A stretch of DNA of 61,877 nt, filler included, from Choristocarpus tenellus KU-1152 (GCA_964200185.2; 10 parts of 10 records of this genome joined end to end with filler, not necessarily neighbours in it), one strand, 5' to 3'. Shown: positions 39,665-54,647, counted from the first letter of the whole stretch. Translations and numbers: made by a program. The notes: generated by a model not told the origin, from the sequence alone.

Positions 39665-41399
39665 ATTTCTCGAAATTGTATTTTCACAATTGGAGTGGCG
39701 TTGAGGATGACTGGTCGAGCTTTTTCACAAGTAACTTTTGTGGAGATCAATTAGGGTTGCCGGTTGTGTGAGTGCGTACAAGTTCTGACGTTTGTTTTTT
39801 CTGTGAAAAAAAAAAAGTTTGTTGTGGAGGTTTCGAGTTAGGGCAAGAAATTTATCTTCACCTAACAATGGAAGTTGGTGAGAATTTTTCGAGGTTGCTG
39901 CTGCATGCCATTCAAAAGAGTGCTTCTGTGAAATCCTGTAGGCCGATGGAGAGGGTATGTGTATTGCCGGAGTGATTTTCTTATTGAGCGTCCAAGGTTG
40001 GGTTGGTTACCGGAGTTGAAATGAGAAACAGATACATGAATGCTATGCAAAAAAATCAAAATATATTTTGTAGATATTGAATACTGAGGGATGATTTGAA
40101 ATGTAACAAATCCTTCTAGACAAAGCTTATGTACACACGTGTATGTGTTTTGACATTTGTCAATTCCAGTACAGTGCATTCAACTGCTTCAATCCTCCCC
40201 TAGGCCACCACAGCCGTGATCTTTGCTTTTATAGTGTACTACTATTTTGTACTCAGTGTGAAGTCACAGAGACAGTCACTGGCGAGGGGCACACGGTTAT
40301 TGCAGCAACAAAATATATCATTAACAGGAGCAATGATCTCTGTGCTTGAACTAGTAAACATAAGAGTTGAATTTGAAGTCGCCGTTTATTTGTGGGTGGA
40401 GTAGATGGTCACCTCCCATATGACCAAACAACATGATTGACTTGCTCTCATTCCCACTCTCTCCTTCGTTACAACCCACCCCCGTTCAACCAAACCTCTC
40501 CACCTGTGTGCGGTTGCCAGTAGCCCACCAAGAGTGATGACTAGATGCTACCGAAAGCCTCGTTATTGTGATGTTTATTCATCACTGGTCATTTTCGAAA
40601 ATGATTTAAATAATAATAATTCCGTGTTTGCCCGCGTACTCTGACAGAATGAGTGCGTACTCTGTGTCGGGAACCGGTCATTGATCCGTCCAGATGTTCT
40701 TGGTATTTGAAAATTGTACATCTACACCAACACAAGGAGAGTAATTCGCGGGAGATCATTTTTTTCATCAACCTTTTGACACCATAGATTTGTTTTGTTT
40801 TTCTTACTCTCCTATACCCCCGTTCCCCTCTTCTCCCCCCCCCCCCCCCCCCCNNNNNNNNNNCCCCCCACACACAGCATGTCCTGTTGACTTTTCCGCT
40901 CGCTATTGATTACACACTCCATTTTACCAAAGTCTGCTGTATGCAGCACATGCATCACTCACTGTGACAAGTGCGTTTCCAACAATTGGCAGGAAGTACA
41001 TTCAACACATTTCGGAGCACTACATATTAGAGTACGTTTCTAACATTTATTTGTGTTCACGTACAGGTGTTTGTAGCAGATGTTGTAACCACAATAACCT
41101 TTCATAGGGGGGAGGGGGTGGAGCGTGATGGGTATCGTTTGGACAGCGTCAGTTGAAACATTGGACTGAAACTATTGGTGGGGAAAGATAGACAGGACAA
41201 ATGTGGAACAAAAGATTATTTTTAATGTGAACAGTGATGTTTTGAAGTATAATAAGGGGTCAGGGGATATGGTTGAACGATGAGGGGAGCAGAAGGCCAA
41301 CCGTTACACCTTGTTCTCTCTGTTGGATGTATGATGTCCTGTGCGAGTTATCACTGCCCTACGCTGTTGGTGAAGCATCGTTGGTACACACATACATGT

Positions 41400-42700
41400 A
41401 TTGACAAAAGAGGTATATGCCTACCAGAATAGTTCCTAACTCTAAGCTGATACCCCACGTGCCAACAGTCATGGAGAGGCAGAAGGTCGCACCCAACCCA
41501 TCCAGATTTGTCCTAGGCATGGATAGTCCATCAGCAAAGCACATAAACGTTTTTGGATGTGCTTGGTATTTTGTTTTAGATGTTTTATTTTTGTATTTAT
41601 TGAGATCACTGCCATAATATCTACTATTATTTTTCACATTGGTTTGAGGGGTTCCAAACCTTTGGCTGAGAGGTAGTTACAAAAGGCATTGCACACTCTT
41701 TAAGTACGGCAGAAAAGAAAAAAGGGGAAATGATTTCAAGAAGAGAGCAAAAAGAGTTGAAAGAACCTAGTTTCTCTATGAAGGTATCGAAGAGAACTAG
41801 GTGTAATGTACTACACCCATATATGTTCAAGGCATGCCAAATCCACCAAAGCCGAAAAGCAGCATTCATTACGTGTCTCACGAAGGAAAAATAAAGGGAA
41901 GGGAAACGAAGGAGGGACACAAGAAAAAATCAACCTATATCAGGGGAAAATACTATTTGAAAGCAGCCCTCAGCTGACAGTGACTTGTGGTGGTGGTGTT
42001 CGTTGATTGTGCCTTAGCCGCTACTGTAACATGGCACTCATTAGCTGTGACGGTTTCGTTGTAAATCTATTCTGCTATGAAGCTCGTTTGCCGCCAACCA
42101 CAAACTCATACCACACCTGTTTCAATTCTGAACCATAGTGATGATGGGTGCATTTGCTAAGGAAGACACTACCACTCGTGACGATGTGTGCACTCGATGA
42201 AATGGTATCCTCCCACAGAAGAAATATCAGAGTGTATGTGGAGGGGTCACCATGAGGTTCTTTGTGAAGAGTAGGCCTCGTTGGACATGTCAACGACCCA
42301 AAGTAGGTTGAGAGATGCGTGGATTTTGTGCGCTTCGTATTTGAAGTCACTTTTTTCATCTTTTTCAATCATCCTTGCTTCTATTGATGAAGTCCAGCAC
42401 GCATCTGAGCGAAAAGCCGAATTTTGCACATTGTTAGAGTACTTCAAATGCAACGGTAAATACCTATCATTCACTTTGGCTCGATGCCGTTGGCCTCACA
42501 GTGAAGGAAGTGACCTGTTATAGATACCATAGGTTGTGCACACAATGCTGCGGCAGAGAGATTGCTGTACACATGTGTTGATGAGGAGAAATCGATATTG
42601 TTTCTGGCACACCTTCATTATTGAAGCACGCAGGTCTATCTTTTGCACACATCAGTAAATCTCAAGGAATGCGGGACAGTAGGCATTAGGCAGCTGACCA
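41400..42700 (-). mobile_element. Highly decayed DNA transposase relic (possibly Sola1-like)
   Basis: FRSDACWT..HKIHA (cf. PxxDxCxxC..H..A) and LSMTVG (cf. FLxVGH) in the expected order; many stops. Confidence 0.3.
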
Positions 42701-43905
42701 CTATAAGCTAGAAAAATAAGAATGATATTATTTGCACAGTTGCATGCCCTTTTTATTGAATTTTGGGGCCAGTACTCGAAGAGAATTGAGCATCTGTACC
42801 AAGATCGATGGCCTCCTCAGTCGTACATGCACACGTCTGAGCCAGACCATCTCGACTGGCCTTTTCTCCGAGCTAGATGTAGGTGTAGTTTTGGTAATCT
42901 CCCGTTCCTTCCCATGTGTGCTCGATTCTTTGTATCCTTGTTGTGATAGCCTATTTTTTCACAACAGGCAAGATACAGATATTCACCATCTAACCTCTAA
43001 TTTATCGCTTCAATTTGACGTGACTCGAGNNNNNNNNNNNNNNNNNNNNNNNNNNNNNNNNNNNNNNNNNNNNTTAATTAATTAANNNNNNNNNNNNNNN
43101 NNNNNNNNNNNNNNNNNNNNNNNNNNNNNCCTAAACCTAACCCTGACCCTCCCCCCCCCCCCGCATGTGAATACGCCCAAGTAGTGATTTTTTAAATTAA
43201 ATTTCTCAAACAGTGAACTCTGGGTTGGCTCACATTTGTCTAAAATTGAAGGATTCCACGACTGCCATACCCATTGTCAGGAGGCCTACGGGCATCAAAT
43301 GCCCCTTTAGCAGATTTTAAAGTCAATCCCTGCCACAAACTGCAATATGCATGGAAAACTGCAAAATTTCAAGGAAGAATGTGCACATCTGGAGCTGCTG
43401 TTATAGGATAGAAGAGAATATCCACTTGAGACAGCAACAGAACTCTGAGCACCCCATTATTCTGTAGTCCATACTCTTCTGCTCAGCAGAAAAAATATCA
43501 AAAGGCTCCAATATGGCTCCAATTTAACCACTTTGCCCTGTAGTGCGATATTCTTCCAAATATCAGGGAATGGGGTTTCGCACTCATCCCAATATTTTCA
43601 GATCATCAAATCAATCAATGATTTTCGTGATTGGAATCATAAGGAGACTAAGGAAAGAGGTTGAACGAGGTTGTACACGAATGTAGCCTATTGACTCAAT
43701 GCAATGTAAGGACTGCTATCATACTGATGCAATTATCGCTCTCGAAAGATGTTCCCTAACCCTCAATCTTACTACTACTGATCTGGTGATTAATTGCAAA
43801 CATTTCTTTTTTTTTTACAAGATGGATTCGTTGTTGTCTTCATTCTGTATGTCTATTCAGTTGGTTCAATTGATTCAACCATCCTCCCCCTTCCTCCACA
43901 CATGT

Positions 43906-44168
43906 GAGTCAAATCATTCAAGAGGGTACAAGCTTTGTCTTCTTTGTCCGTTCAGGGCTTGGCTTCCCATGTGGTTTTTCATGCCCTTTTTCGGTTTTCT
44001 GCGTGAACACAGTTACCTAAAATGTATACGACTATGAAAGGTGTGTCCGGAGCAAAGATATTGACACTTCCTAACAAACACGATAGCCAAAATTCATCAA
44101 AATTGCAACTTTGGATTTTGAACCCCAAACGGATGGACGCGGCCCTACCCTCTAAGATACTTTGGCTC
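43906..44168 (+). mobile_element. MITE family A
   Basis: GAGTCAAATCATTCAAGAGGGTAC...ACCCTCTAAGATACTTTGGCTC, same core as the other copies; TSD not preserved. Confidence 0.85.
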
Positions 44169-45933
44169 TGCAACGACTATGCACATATCGCACCTCTTGC
44201 CTGCCGGATTTGTGTCGTCTCTGGTACCACTTTGTGGGGTGGGGGACGAAGGCTGGAAGGCGTCCCACAATCTCTGACAGGGACACGTATGGGAGAATAT
44301 TTGGTCGTAAGGAGAAGCCGTTTGACCCTATAAGAATGCAGAAGCTGTGGGACGAGTGGGCTGGGAGACGGCAGCACAACATCGTCACAGGGGCCCTCTT
44401 GCCAATAGCAACTCAGTGTGAGGAAAGGTGAGATGGGACTTAAAAAGGGATTCACATATGTGCTTCGAACAAATCTTTACAAGAACTCTCTGTGACAATT
44501 TGAGGATGGGGGGTGGGGGAAGAGTTGTGCTGAGATCGAGGGGACATTTAAACCAATGAAATGGTCCCTGTTTTTCACTAAGCTGGTAAAGATGAACTTT
44601 TCCTGGCAACATCCCCTACTTCCCTTGATCTTGCTATTCACATTTGCATTGAAACTGGAGGTCAACTTCTTGTGCGAAAAAGCTTCAAATAAATCCGGAC
44701 ATACTACTTGAGTACTACAGTACTCTCTGCACTTTTGAACTAACCTCCAAACTCAAACCCATGTTCCCTCCCTCCTTCCCCTTCCTCCACTCCTTCCCAT
44801 ACCTGTACTTCGAAAACCGAAAACCGAAAACCGAATGCTCTGATATCTCCTCTTATTATTTTATATTTTCAATTTCTGTTTTGTCTACCATGCTTGATTC
44901 GTGGAAATGAACCCCACCTCAAATAATAGGCCAGCTGGACAATTGGCTCACCCGTCGCAACAGTCCTTGGAAAGAGGTAGAAACTTACACGGCTCCCTGG
45001 TGCCAGTTTGAAAACGGCATCAAGTCTTTCTTCCTGTTACGGGTCCCTCCAGAACACTGATGAGAGATGAATTCATAGGCTGGGACAGGATAGTATGAAA
45101 GACATATGAGGGGAGGCCAAGAGGCATCATGGGTTCATTTTACCTGGTGCACCTGGGCACCAGTAGAGAATAGCAAACAAAGTGTTGGGTTGGAGGCAGA
45201 AGGAATGAACAGTCAAACACAGTGCTGACTCGCTGGTGAGTTACTTGGTACGGATCCTTCAAGAGCACTTCAGGGTATTACAAAGAAACCATACCTTTGC
45301 CCAATGGATGTCAAACTTGCATGCATTCCTGCTTGTCTCCTCCAGTCATTCTGGGGGCATGGCATGGTAAACGATATTTTATGTTTTTCTCCAGTTGTGC
45401 ACTAGAGTAGGACAAACATCAATCCCGTGTATCAAACTCTCACACCCTCAACCTCCCTCCACAAATTGAGTTTTCCGTTTCTCGGATTATTATTATCTTC
45501 GCATTGTCCAACCCCTCTGTGTTTACCCTGATCATTTTATTGCGCTCAATGTTCCATATGTTCAAAACCACGGCAGTTTCGCCCCTGACCACACCCTAGC
45601 CCAAAACGAAAGGCACGACTTCCTAGGAGGCCATCCTATTATGGCCTGCTTCGCAAAGGGGATCCTCCAGCATCATACGGGCATTCCATTGCCCCTTTAG
45701 TACATCTATCACCCTTCAATCCATTGTGGAAAGCACAACAAATCTTCAGAGGCTTGTAGGACAACAAGAGAATGCTTTCTCCTCTACCAACAAAATCTTG
45801 TGGAATTGCCTCCTCCAAGTTAACACACTTCCAATACTTGGACCTTGGGTGTCATAGGGTTCTATTGTCGTGCGAGCTATTTTTGTTTTCCCTGATCGGA
45901 TCATTTGAAGTGGGAAGTGGTAGGTTGAGCAGA

Positions 45934-46112
45934 GACCCAAAGTATCTGGAGGGGGGGTGGTGGTCTCCACTAGGGTGTCTATTTGGACCAAAATAAGGAA
46001 AAGTGCATTCACATTACCCATTTGCCGTATGCAACCAAATCGACAAAAAATCGCGGCATGAAAAAATTGACCCCAAATGGACAGCCGCCAACCCCCCCAG
46101 ATACGCTGGGCC
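45934..46112 (+). mobile_element. MITE family B
   Basis: GACCCAAAGTATCTGG... core AAAAGTGCATTCACATTA..ATGCAACCAAATC..CCCCAAATGGACAGCCGCC, degenerate right TIR. Confidence 0.82.
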
Positions 46113-46146
46113 GGAGGGGCAAGAGAGGAGGGTCGATGATAGTGCT

Positions 46147-46404
46147 GACCCAAATCATTTAAGAGGGTAGGAGTTTTGCCCTGTTTGTTCGTTTGGGGCT
46201 TGGCTTCCGACGGATTTTTCGTGCCCTTTTTCGGTTTTCTGTGTGAACACAGTTACCTAAAATGTATACGACTTTGAAAGGTGTGTCCAGACTAAAGATA
46301 TGGGCACTTCCTAACAAACACTGTAGCCAAAATGAATCAAAAGCGCAACATTGGATATATGACCCTGAACGGACGTGACCCTAACCTCTTAAATGCTTTG
46401 GGTC
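46147..46404 (+). mobile_element. MITE family A
   Basis: GACCCAAATCATTTAAGAGGGTAG...ACCTCTTAAATGCTTTGGGTC; internal sequence closely matches the copy at 43906. Confidence 0.85.
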
Positions 46405-47939
46405 ACTGCTAAACTTGGTGGAATTATGTTGAGGTACAAAGTAAAATGGCAGGGGTCATTGTACCTTCACTACCACTACGTGAAAGTAGATACTTAACTT
46501 GCAAGAACACATCCAACGGACTTCTTGAAGCACCAGTCCCCCATGACTACACTTGCAAATATATTGAAATATGATTGTAGGACAGGCGACTATGGTCGTA
46601 GGACGAATGCATGAGTTCAAATCCTGACAATGTTAAAAACATTTTCCAAGAAATTACTGTTTCGATGAGTCCTGTGTGTATCCCCTGACCACAGGTTGGG
46701 GCATAGGTTGGATTGGGGCAGCGATTCGTAGTCCTAGATTAAACCGAGACAAAAACATCAAAAAATAAAAACAAGAAATTACGAGTACCCTATTAGATTC
46801 GCGGCAGTGGATATTTGTAACTTTCATCCCTTCACTTCCTTCACACCTGCAGTCCAATATGGTTTTGTTGGACGTTGTTGAGGAGACATTTGGCCTGGGA
46901 TGTGTTTTGTTTTCATGCTGCCTAGCAGGGCCATTATACTTTGTTTTCATGACAAATCTGGTTTCAATCTATCAAAGGTCCACGGTGGCAAGAGCTGCAG
47001 ATTGTGCACCTACGTCTGTTATACTATCTATCACTGCAAAACGAAAAAGTGACACAATAAAGAACAACTTGGCAAGGCTTAGTTGCCAAGCAATGCCCAG
47101 GTGGGTCAGTACAAGATTCAATGGAGTAAGAGTGACAAACGATGGGATAGCTTATTCTAGTGATGGGAGTAGGACCAATAGAGGGAGCGCAATTGTTTGT
47201 CGTATTGTAATTGGGTAGGTGTAGCTAGACAACTACAATAGTAATAGTTTTATTTTTTTGAGGAGTTGTGCCTCTGATCTGCCCGTGGTATCGCCATCCC
47301 CGTACAAAAAAGCGAAAATGATAATAATAGTAATAAAATTGGAAGAACTATATTTTAATAATAACACATCATTAAGAACAATAATAACGAAAATAAAATA
47401 TCGTTAATAGTAGTATTAACATTAATAATATTTTTTAATATATTAATTGTACCAACCCACAACGACAATGGCGACATTACTTTTGTGGATTCCTACAATC
47501 GTGCATCTAAAAAGGTGCACAAAGACCGGCCCTCCATTCCACTCTTAAAAAAAAGCGATATTTGCGCGACTTAATACGATTATCCGCGCGAAGGAATAAT
47601 ATTGGGAATAGCAACAATGAGTAGTAAAGGCTCCACAATTTTTTTTGACACTTTGAATTCCCCGACAGATACAGTCCAGGTAGGAGAGAGGCCCACACTG
47701 TTTGGAAGTAAAGATCAGTCAACCATGGTCACCTACATCATATATGGACCACCATTACAAATACATACAAATCATGACGGTATATATATCAGCGCTTCTT
47801 CAGGAGGGAGGTGTGTGAGTTCCCTGAAAGAGATCTGGCAACACGTCATGGCAAGGTTGTTTGGGGGAGGGAGCGACAGCACATAAATAAATGTCCAGTC
47901 AGTATGCGACTGATGACAGTTCGTTCAATAGTTGGAGGT

Positions 47940-48122
47940 GACCCAAAGTATCTGGGGGATGGGGGGGGGGGTCTACACCAGGGTGTCCATTTGGGTCATA
48001 TCCAGGAAAAGTGCACGTACATTATCCATACGACGTATGCAACCAAATCACACAAAAATTGCGACACGAATAAATCGACCCCAAATGGACAGCCGCCACC
48101 CTCCCCCTAGATACTTTGAGCC
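47940..48122 (+). mobile_element. MITE family B
   Basis: GACCCAAAGTATCTGGGG...CCCCTAGATACTTTGAGCC. Confidence 0.85.
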
Positions 48123-48371
48123 GGTGTGAAGTACACGCCATTGAGAGTTGGGTTGTGATGAGAAAATGCAACCAACGTCAAGGGATGAGGGAGGTATACC
48201 TCATCGCTATTCATCTGCACTGCATATAGAACCAATAACGACAAATCCAATTACTTAAAAGAAATATTATCAAATCGTGTATAGCGAATATCCCAATCTA
48301 GTGCATCTAAATTAGAGTTTAGAGTTACAGAGTAGTGGTAAGAAACGACAACAACCAACGAATAACATGTT

Positions 48372-48442
48372 TATGTATGTATGTATGTATGTATATATGT
48401 ATGTATGTATGTATGTATGTGTGTATGTATGTGTGTATGTAT
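48372..48442. repeat. (TATG)n microsatellite at contig end
   Basis: Direct reading. Confidence 0.95.
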
Positions 48443-48779
48443 NNNNNNNNNNNNNNNNNNNNNNNNNNNNNNNNNNNNNNNNNNNNTTAATTAATTAANN
48501 NNNNNNNNNNNNNNNNNNNNNNNNNNNNNNNNNNNNNNNNNNCTCTTCCCCCCCCCCATACCCCCTCTCGCTTTGTGCTTACCTCCCCCCCCCCCCCCCC
48601 CCCACCCGAGGTAATACCTTGGAGCCCATTTATTGTAGGTTGTGAACTCTGCCTCAAGGGCTTGTAATATGGTATCTAGGAACCTGGGTGCAGGTAGCTA
48701 GCTGCCTTGTCAGAGAGCCCTACCACAAGCCACTGTGTGTGATGTGTGGTATGTGTGGTCTCAACTCTACTTTGACGTG

Positions 48780-51700
48780 CAAGTAGAATGAGCAACTTTT
48801 ATTTTCCTGTGGCTTTCTCTTTCTCTTTTGTTGACCATTGAATCTGTGTACAGCTGATGATGAAGCAGAAGAAACAGCACTTATGGTAATGCCTGGTCTT
48901 CTTTTGCTCTGCCTTGCTTTCCTGCTCAATAATGAAGGTAGCCTGCTTTAAAACGTACTACTGGAATTGCCCACGGGGGGGAGGAATAAGGAGGTAGATG
49001 TATTAAGAGCTTACCAAGAGGCACAGACAGTGTCGCTTGTGAACCTTGGTGACTTCATTGTTTGTGTGGGCACATTTTGATGTTTTGTGTGGATTGCGTA
49101 GCAGGGTTGTGTGTAGGGGTTAGGGTAATTGCTGAGTATGTGTGTGTGGTGTGATGAGTGGGGAAGAAGAATTTTTAAGATAGTTTTTTTTCTGCCCTCT
49201 GAGCACATGGGTTCCCTCCCATGAATCTCATATATCTTTACTCGGGTTATTTTTTTATTTTCAGCCTTCTTTGTCTTGGATGTCAAACAAAACGAAAGTA
49301 CACCATCCAAGATAAGGAAGGGTTATACCTTTAATGTTTGTTGAGGCTCAAAGAAAGTTAACAATTTTCCAAAGCCCATAATCATCGCACGATGAACACT
49401 ACAAATGAACCATTTCTCTACCACATACCACTCACTCACTGTGCCTTACATAGAAGGGCATTATAGATATTATGGCTACGTGCTCGATCCTTGGAAGTAC
49501 ATATTCACATTTCTTGGAGCTCATTTTCGAAAAGGTTTGCTCTCAGAGAAATGAAAAAGGCATATTTGTCAACGATGATGCATTTATGGCCTTCGCATAC
49601 TGTTGGTACTTAGCTTCATGGTTGTGCTCCATTTTTTACGGTGTTTATGTGCATGCAATGGATTGCAATCCTATTATGCTAGATGTCGTCAATAGGAGTA
49701 TTTTCTTTCTTCAATAGAAGTATTTCACAGTAATAATGGTAAATATTTGCAATCGATTTCAATCCAATGTTGGACAAATAGTAGACCGTATCATACTGGC
49801 TACTTAATGCATGTACATATGTATGGTCCACTCATCGCTTCTTCTAATCTATGAAGTAAGCAGGGTGGTACAATCTTTTTTGAGGCAGTCATCATCAGTT
49901 AGTTAGTTGCCAGGTCGCAGAGAGTAGTACAACAATAAGGAGGGTTTGCAGAATACTTCGTACATTCAAACACTCCATAGTAGTAGTGTGTAGTCAAGGA
50001 GGGTAGGCGACATGTTATCAACAGTGCAGAGTCCTTGTGCATGATGTGTTACTGATGCACTGGTGGAGCATCTTAGGTTCGAGCTAGGGCAAGTGGTCGC
50101 TTGTTTGCGATAAAGCGTTATGATTCCTACATTTGGTTTAAGGTCAACGCAGTGGATACCACTTGTTTATTTCTGCTTGCTACAACTACAGTGAGACGCT
50201 GTCTATACTCCTCTTATTATGATTACTCTTCCTACCCAGACAGTCCATATACCCTCACCCAGTGTGCGAGGTGTTTTGTTTGTTTGTTTGGGTGGGTGGG
50301 TGGGTGGGTGAGTGATTGCCTTGCACGCANNNNNNNNNNCCTGGTCGGGGGGTGTGGTTTTTTTTTTGTGTTGTGGGGGGGGGGGGGGGGTGGGGTTGAG
50401 TGATTGCCTTGCACGCACACGTGTGTGCATCCGTGCAATCATCCATATACTGATGACAATGTGATTGGTTGGGTAGAGAGTGGAAAGTATGTGTAAAATT
50501 TGTTTTTTACAAATACGAGCAGGATATTTTCCGAATAGTGTCGAAAAGTTTCAAATAACAGAGTAATCAACCCTCTCTCTCGAGTCAAACTTGGCGCTTC
50601 ATCCATAGAAATATAGGGATTAAAAAAGATTGAAAACTGGCTTAAAATGCAAAGGGGTCAGAAACTGGGCACCTCGAGTTTGTTTCAACTCAGAGTGGCG
50701 TCACTGTGTGTGTGTGTGTGTGTGTGCGTGCGTAGTAGCATACTCAGTTAACTAAACTTCATGATGAGCAAGCAAGATGAATACAATCTGTTTGACACCA
50801 TTAATAATAATAGAAAATCTGCTGTTAAACATTTCTTCCAGGGCACATTCAACAAGCAGGAAGGCGTGATTGATAAACTGTCTCAGTGTCACCCTAAATC
50901 AGGATATCCAGTAACATCAAGAATAATGCCTGTGTTGGAATAGAGTGGTAATAGGCCATGCTAAACGCGCAAGTGCCAAATAATACTTTGAACTTCGTCG
51001 GTATTTCATTGAAAAATAACATTGATCAAGCGAGACAAAAAGATACAAAAAAGGATCAGGGCATATCATCGGGAACTAGTTGACACGTTCCTTGCTGCCT
51101 CATGGTACAGCAACTGATACGTATAAAATTGCCTGAAGATATCACTCATATTATAGCCAAGAGCACAATGTACCACCACAACATAAAACTGGAACCCATC
51201 CCAAATCCTCCAGGTAGAGCACTCCAACACCCCCTCACACAACAAGACTAGGACCACGCTACGTCAATTTTCACATTGTTCAGATCTTCCTGCAAAAAAA
51301 AAGATAAAAACATGCCAAGCAGAGCAGGTGTAGTTACTTCATTCCTCGCTAACATGAAAAGAAGACCTTCAGGATGATTGTTGAGTTGGCTACTGTAACA
51401 CTTTGTTTAGTATCAGACTAAAAACTACTTGGAAGTAGTCAATCATAATCTACACATGCATTATGTGACTGGTTATTATATTACAGAAGACTAGGAAGCC
51501 CATTCACTGCAGCTCTACTGACCTTGCCCCACCCCTCCTTCCACTTTGTGCTCAGTGATAATGCATCGAAATTACTACTACTGTTGTAGTAATCAACTCG
51601 TAGTTGCTCCCCCCCTCCAATTCGACGCCCTCCCCCTTCCCCCGTCCATTTCATTTTCCATTCACTCCTCTTCTACCTCTTGATATCTCACCAAAATTCT

Positions 51701-53230
51701 ACAGTCAGCAGCACTATATTAATTTCAATTACTATAGTGGCAATCAACTCCTAGTCCTCCTAAGTCCATCTTCCATTAATGCTAAATCTACTTCATAACT
51801 TACCAAAGTTCTACAGTTCACAGCACCATTCTTGGTTGAACTTTACACAAGTACCTGTTGGGCTCAATCTTATCCTAGCACCCTATCCTCCATGGCACTG
51901 CCAGGGGCAGCGACTCATACTGAAGGAAGCACAGAAAATGATGAGATTTCACATCGAGACTGTGGCACTTGCCAACTACTAGCGTATTAATAATTGCTAC
52001 ACTCAACCTGTTCCCCAAAACCAAGACTTTGTCGAATCTCATTCGTTCACTTTCTTTCCTACCCCACCCTCCACTCCAATCTCTCTCCCCTTCCCTCCGA
52101 TGCTTTACTAATGCAGAGTCTATGTAATGCAGAGTCTATGAAGGGTACATTCCCACCACAACATTTATCCCTATTCAAAATACTTCTGTATGGAATGCCT
52201 CAAAGCGACATCAATCACAATACGGATACTATGATCGATTTCCACCTACTAGCATGGAAAAGATCATTTCGAGACCCCATACCCTCACCCATGTTATCAT
52301 TTTCCATAGCATTCCTTCAGCTTCCTTTGCTGTCACAAAACAAGGTATGGAGTACTACCAAACTACAGTAACATTCCCCTTGCTGCAATGAACTACGACT
52401 GTGACATTTCACTGACCATCACAGAGGCAACGTATCTACCCACAATATGATGATACTGAACTGTGACTCTCACAAAGAGAAGGTGCAGCCTCAACCTGAA
52501 CCATGACTCGAAGTGAGTACTTCAAAGCCTCAAGCAAGCTCTGCAGGGGAGGGCAGGGAGGAAAAGAATTTCTGGAAAGGCACACACCATACAGTAAGTT
52601 CAATTCGCAGTATTCAATCTTTTGCCAACAACTGCTCGTGGCAACAGTGACAGCATCCACATTTCTCACGGCAAAATATAGAAAAAAGCACAATTCAGTC
52701 CCTCCCACCTAACCCCAATTCCAATAAGCACAGCCAGTTCCATAGCTGATTCAAGATCTTCCATCCCCATACCCACAAACTCAAAAGAGCAGGCCAAGAA
52801 AGAAGCAACCAGCCCCCTTCCTAAGAAAAAAAACACACCAGCGAAAGTGGGCTTTGCTCATCATTACCTAACATGATAAGTCTATTCATCTCCTGTATCA
52901 AAATTGTTCCACTGGCTAATCTTTTTCTGTTCCCTCACTCTTTCTCCTGCCCCTGCAAGCGCCCGAAGCTTCCTTCCTCTCTTCCCGTTCACCCTTCTGA
53001 GTGGCATTGTACCGGAATGCATCACTGGCCCATTCTTCACTCGTCACAGCCAGGCTTGACTTGGCTGGCCATTCACAGAAAATAAAAAGCAGGACAAGAA
53101 GGGGGTGGAGGTTAGCAACAAATGCATCTCATTTCTACTGCTCCCTTTCTGCATGCAATTGTCATTATATACCTTGCATATTACTGAAACCCCTGCTTCT
53201 GAAGCACTCAGCACAAACAACCTTTGCTGC
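48780..53230 (-). CDS. Possible internal exons of an unidentified gene
   Basis: Several short AG..GT-bounded open segments on the minus strand (e.g. QRLFVLSASEAGVSVICK ~53226-53173, SLLEALKYSLRVMVQ ~52540-52496, SPRFTSDTVCASW ~49052-49015). No continuous model could be built. Confidence 0.25.
50565..50675 (+). repeat. Family C repeat, right half
   Basis: GCGCTTCATCCA..AAAAGATTGAAAA..GGCTTAAAATGC..CAGAAACTG shared with 36820-36930. Confidence 0.6.
50705..50726. repeat. (TG)n microsatellite
   Basis: Direct reading. Confidence 0.9.
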
Positions 53231-53432
53231 AATCACGGTGATGGGATTCACTGAGGTCAGCAGTAAAGGTCAAACTCACAACCCGGCCCCACCCTCAGAC
53301 TGACATTGCTCTCTTATACCTAGTTACGAGGTGGGACGTTTGGAAGAAATGCTGTGTTTAAGAGAGCTGTGACAGCATCAAGGTTAGATATTGTTTTTCC
53401 CAGTATCAAACTGTAGGATGAAGCAAGAAGGT

Positions 53433-53466
<34 letters not shown>

Positions 53467-53943
53467 CCACATGCACTAATGAAACAACTTTCACTTAGAA
53501 AAAAACAGGACAAAGTCTCCTATTTCTGCCACTCCCAACAATCCTAACCCTATCCCTAACTCTACACAATTTTCACATTTTTATCATTCACACATCAGAT
53601 CACTTCCCCCCTATAGTCTGCATAGCCTTGCCTACAATATCCTCCCCTGCGCACGGTGGTACTTGCGAAGCCTATCTCTCATCATGCCATCAGGCTCCAT
53701 ACCCACTCTCCTCATCAGGCCAACCACTTCTAAAGCACTCTGACCTTCTCCACATGTCAGACATATCTATAATGGAGACCCAGCAGAGAGATAGCACAGG
53801 TAACGGTAGTGGCACATAAGCCAGGGGTTGAAAGATGGGGAGGNNNNNNNNNNNNNNNNNNNNNNNNNNNNNNNNNNNNNNNNNNNNTTAATTAATTAAN
53901 NNNNNNNNNNNNNNNNNNNNNNNNNNNNNNNNNNNNNNNNNNN

Positions 53944-53975
53944 GCCGACACCCCCTCCCCCAGATACTTTGACCC
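53944..53975. mobile_element. MITE family B-type terminus at contig start
   Basis: CCCCTCCCCCAGATACTTTGACCC. Confidence 0.65.
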
Positions 53976-54647
53976 TGAAACAAATGAGGACATTAAAAGA
54001 AGACCAGCATCATTGTAACCTCGTGAACCTGAGGCTTACAGGTTGAGCGGAATCCTAATTCCTGCTTTTCTTGTGCGTCTCGCAAGGTGTACGGCATTTA
54101 TTGGGGGGAGGGACCTCATGGTGATTTTGAAATTTCCTTTGCCATGCATATGAGTGTTATATTTGGTTGCTGAGAATGATCGGATGTTGTCATTGTTCAA
54201 TGTTTCACTTCACAGTCGCGAAGATGGCACTTCTATCCCTAGAGGATAAGGGTTAAGTGCCCACCCATGTGAAGAAAGGAAGTGAATCTTTTCTTATTTA
54301 TATTGACCCACATATGGCAAGCATGAAGGACTTGTGTCTACGTCCAACCACGCAAAGTGTCGTTCGACCCATACACTTTGTGGATGGCACCACTCGATTA
54401 TTGAGTTGGATGGAATTTTCGAGTCGTTTTAACTAATACTGATGAATTCTCTCGATTCACAACACCATCCATTTCACTCTCTCTACCATTCCATTTCACA
54501 GGCAGCAATATGATGTACGTTGTTTTCTCCTCGACAAAACCTTTCCATTGCATGTAATTTTCTTTGCTCACTAATTCTGGATTATTATTCATTTTTCTTT
54601 TGTTTGTATCCCACACATTCTACTCCCCCCCCATTGAAACACCACTT

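Noticed and set aside
43130-43150. Telomere-like CCTAAACCTAACCCTGACCC at contig start
   Set aside because: Only about three degenerate units; similar short motifs are scattered internally.
44335-44976. Exon-like segments (RMQKLWDEWAGRR.., QLDNWLTRRNSPWKE)
   Set aside because: Plausible splice signals, but no chain or homology could be established.
50313-50417. Direct repeat TGATTGCCTTGCACGCA on both sides of a 10-N gap
   Set aside because: Likely a scaffolding overlap artefact.
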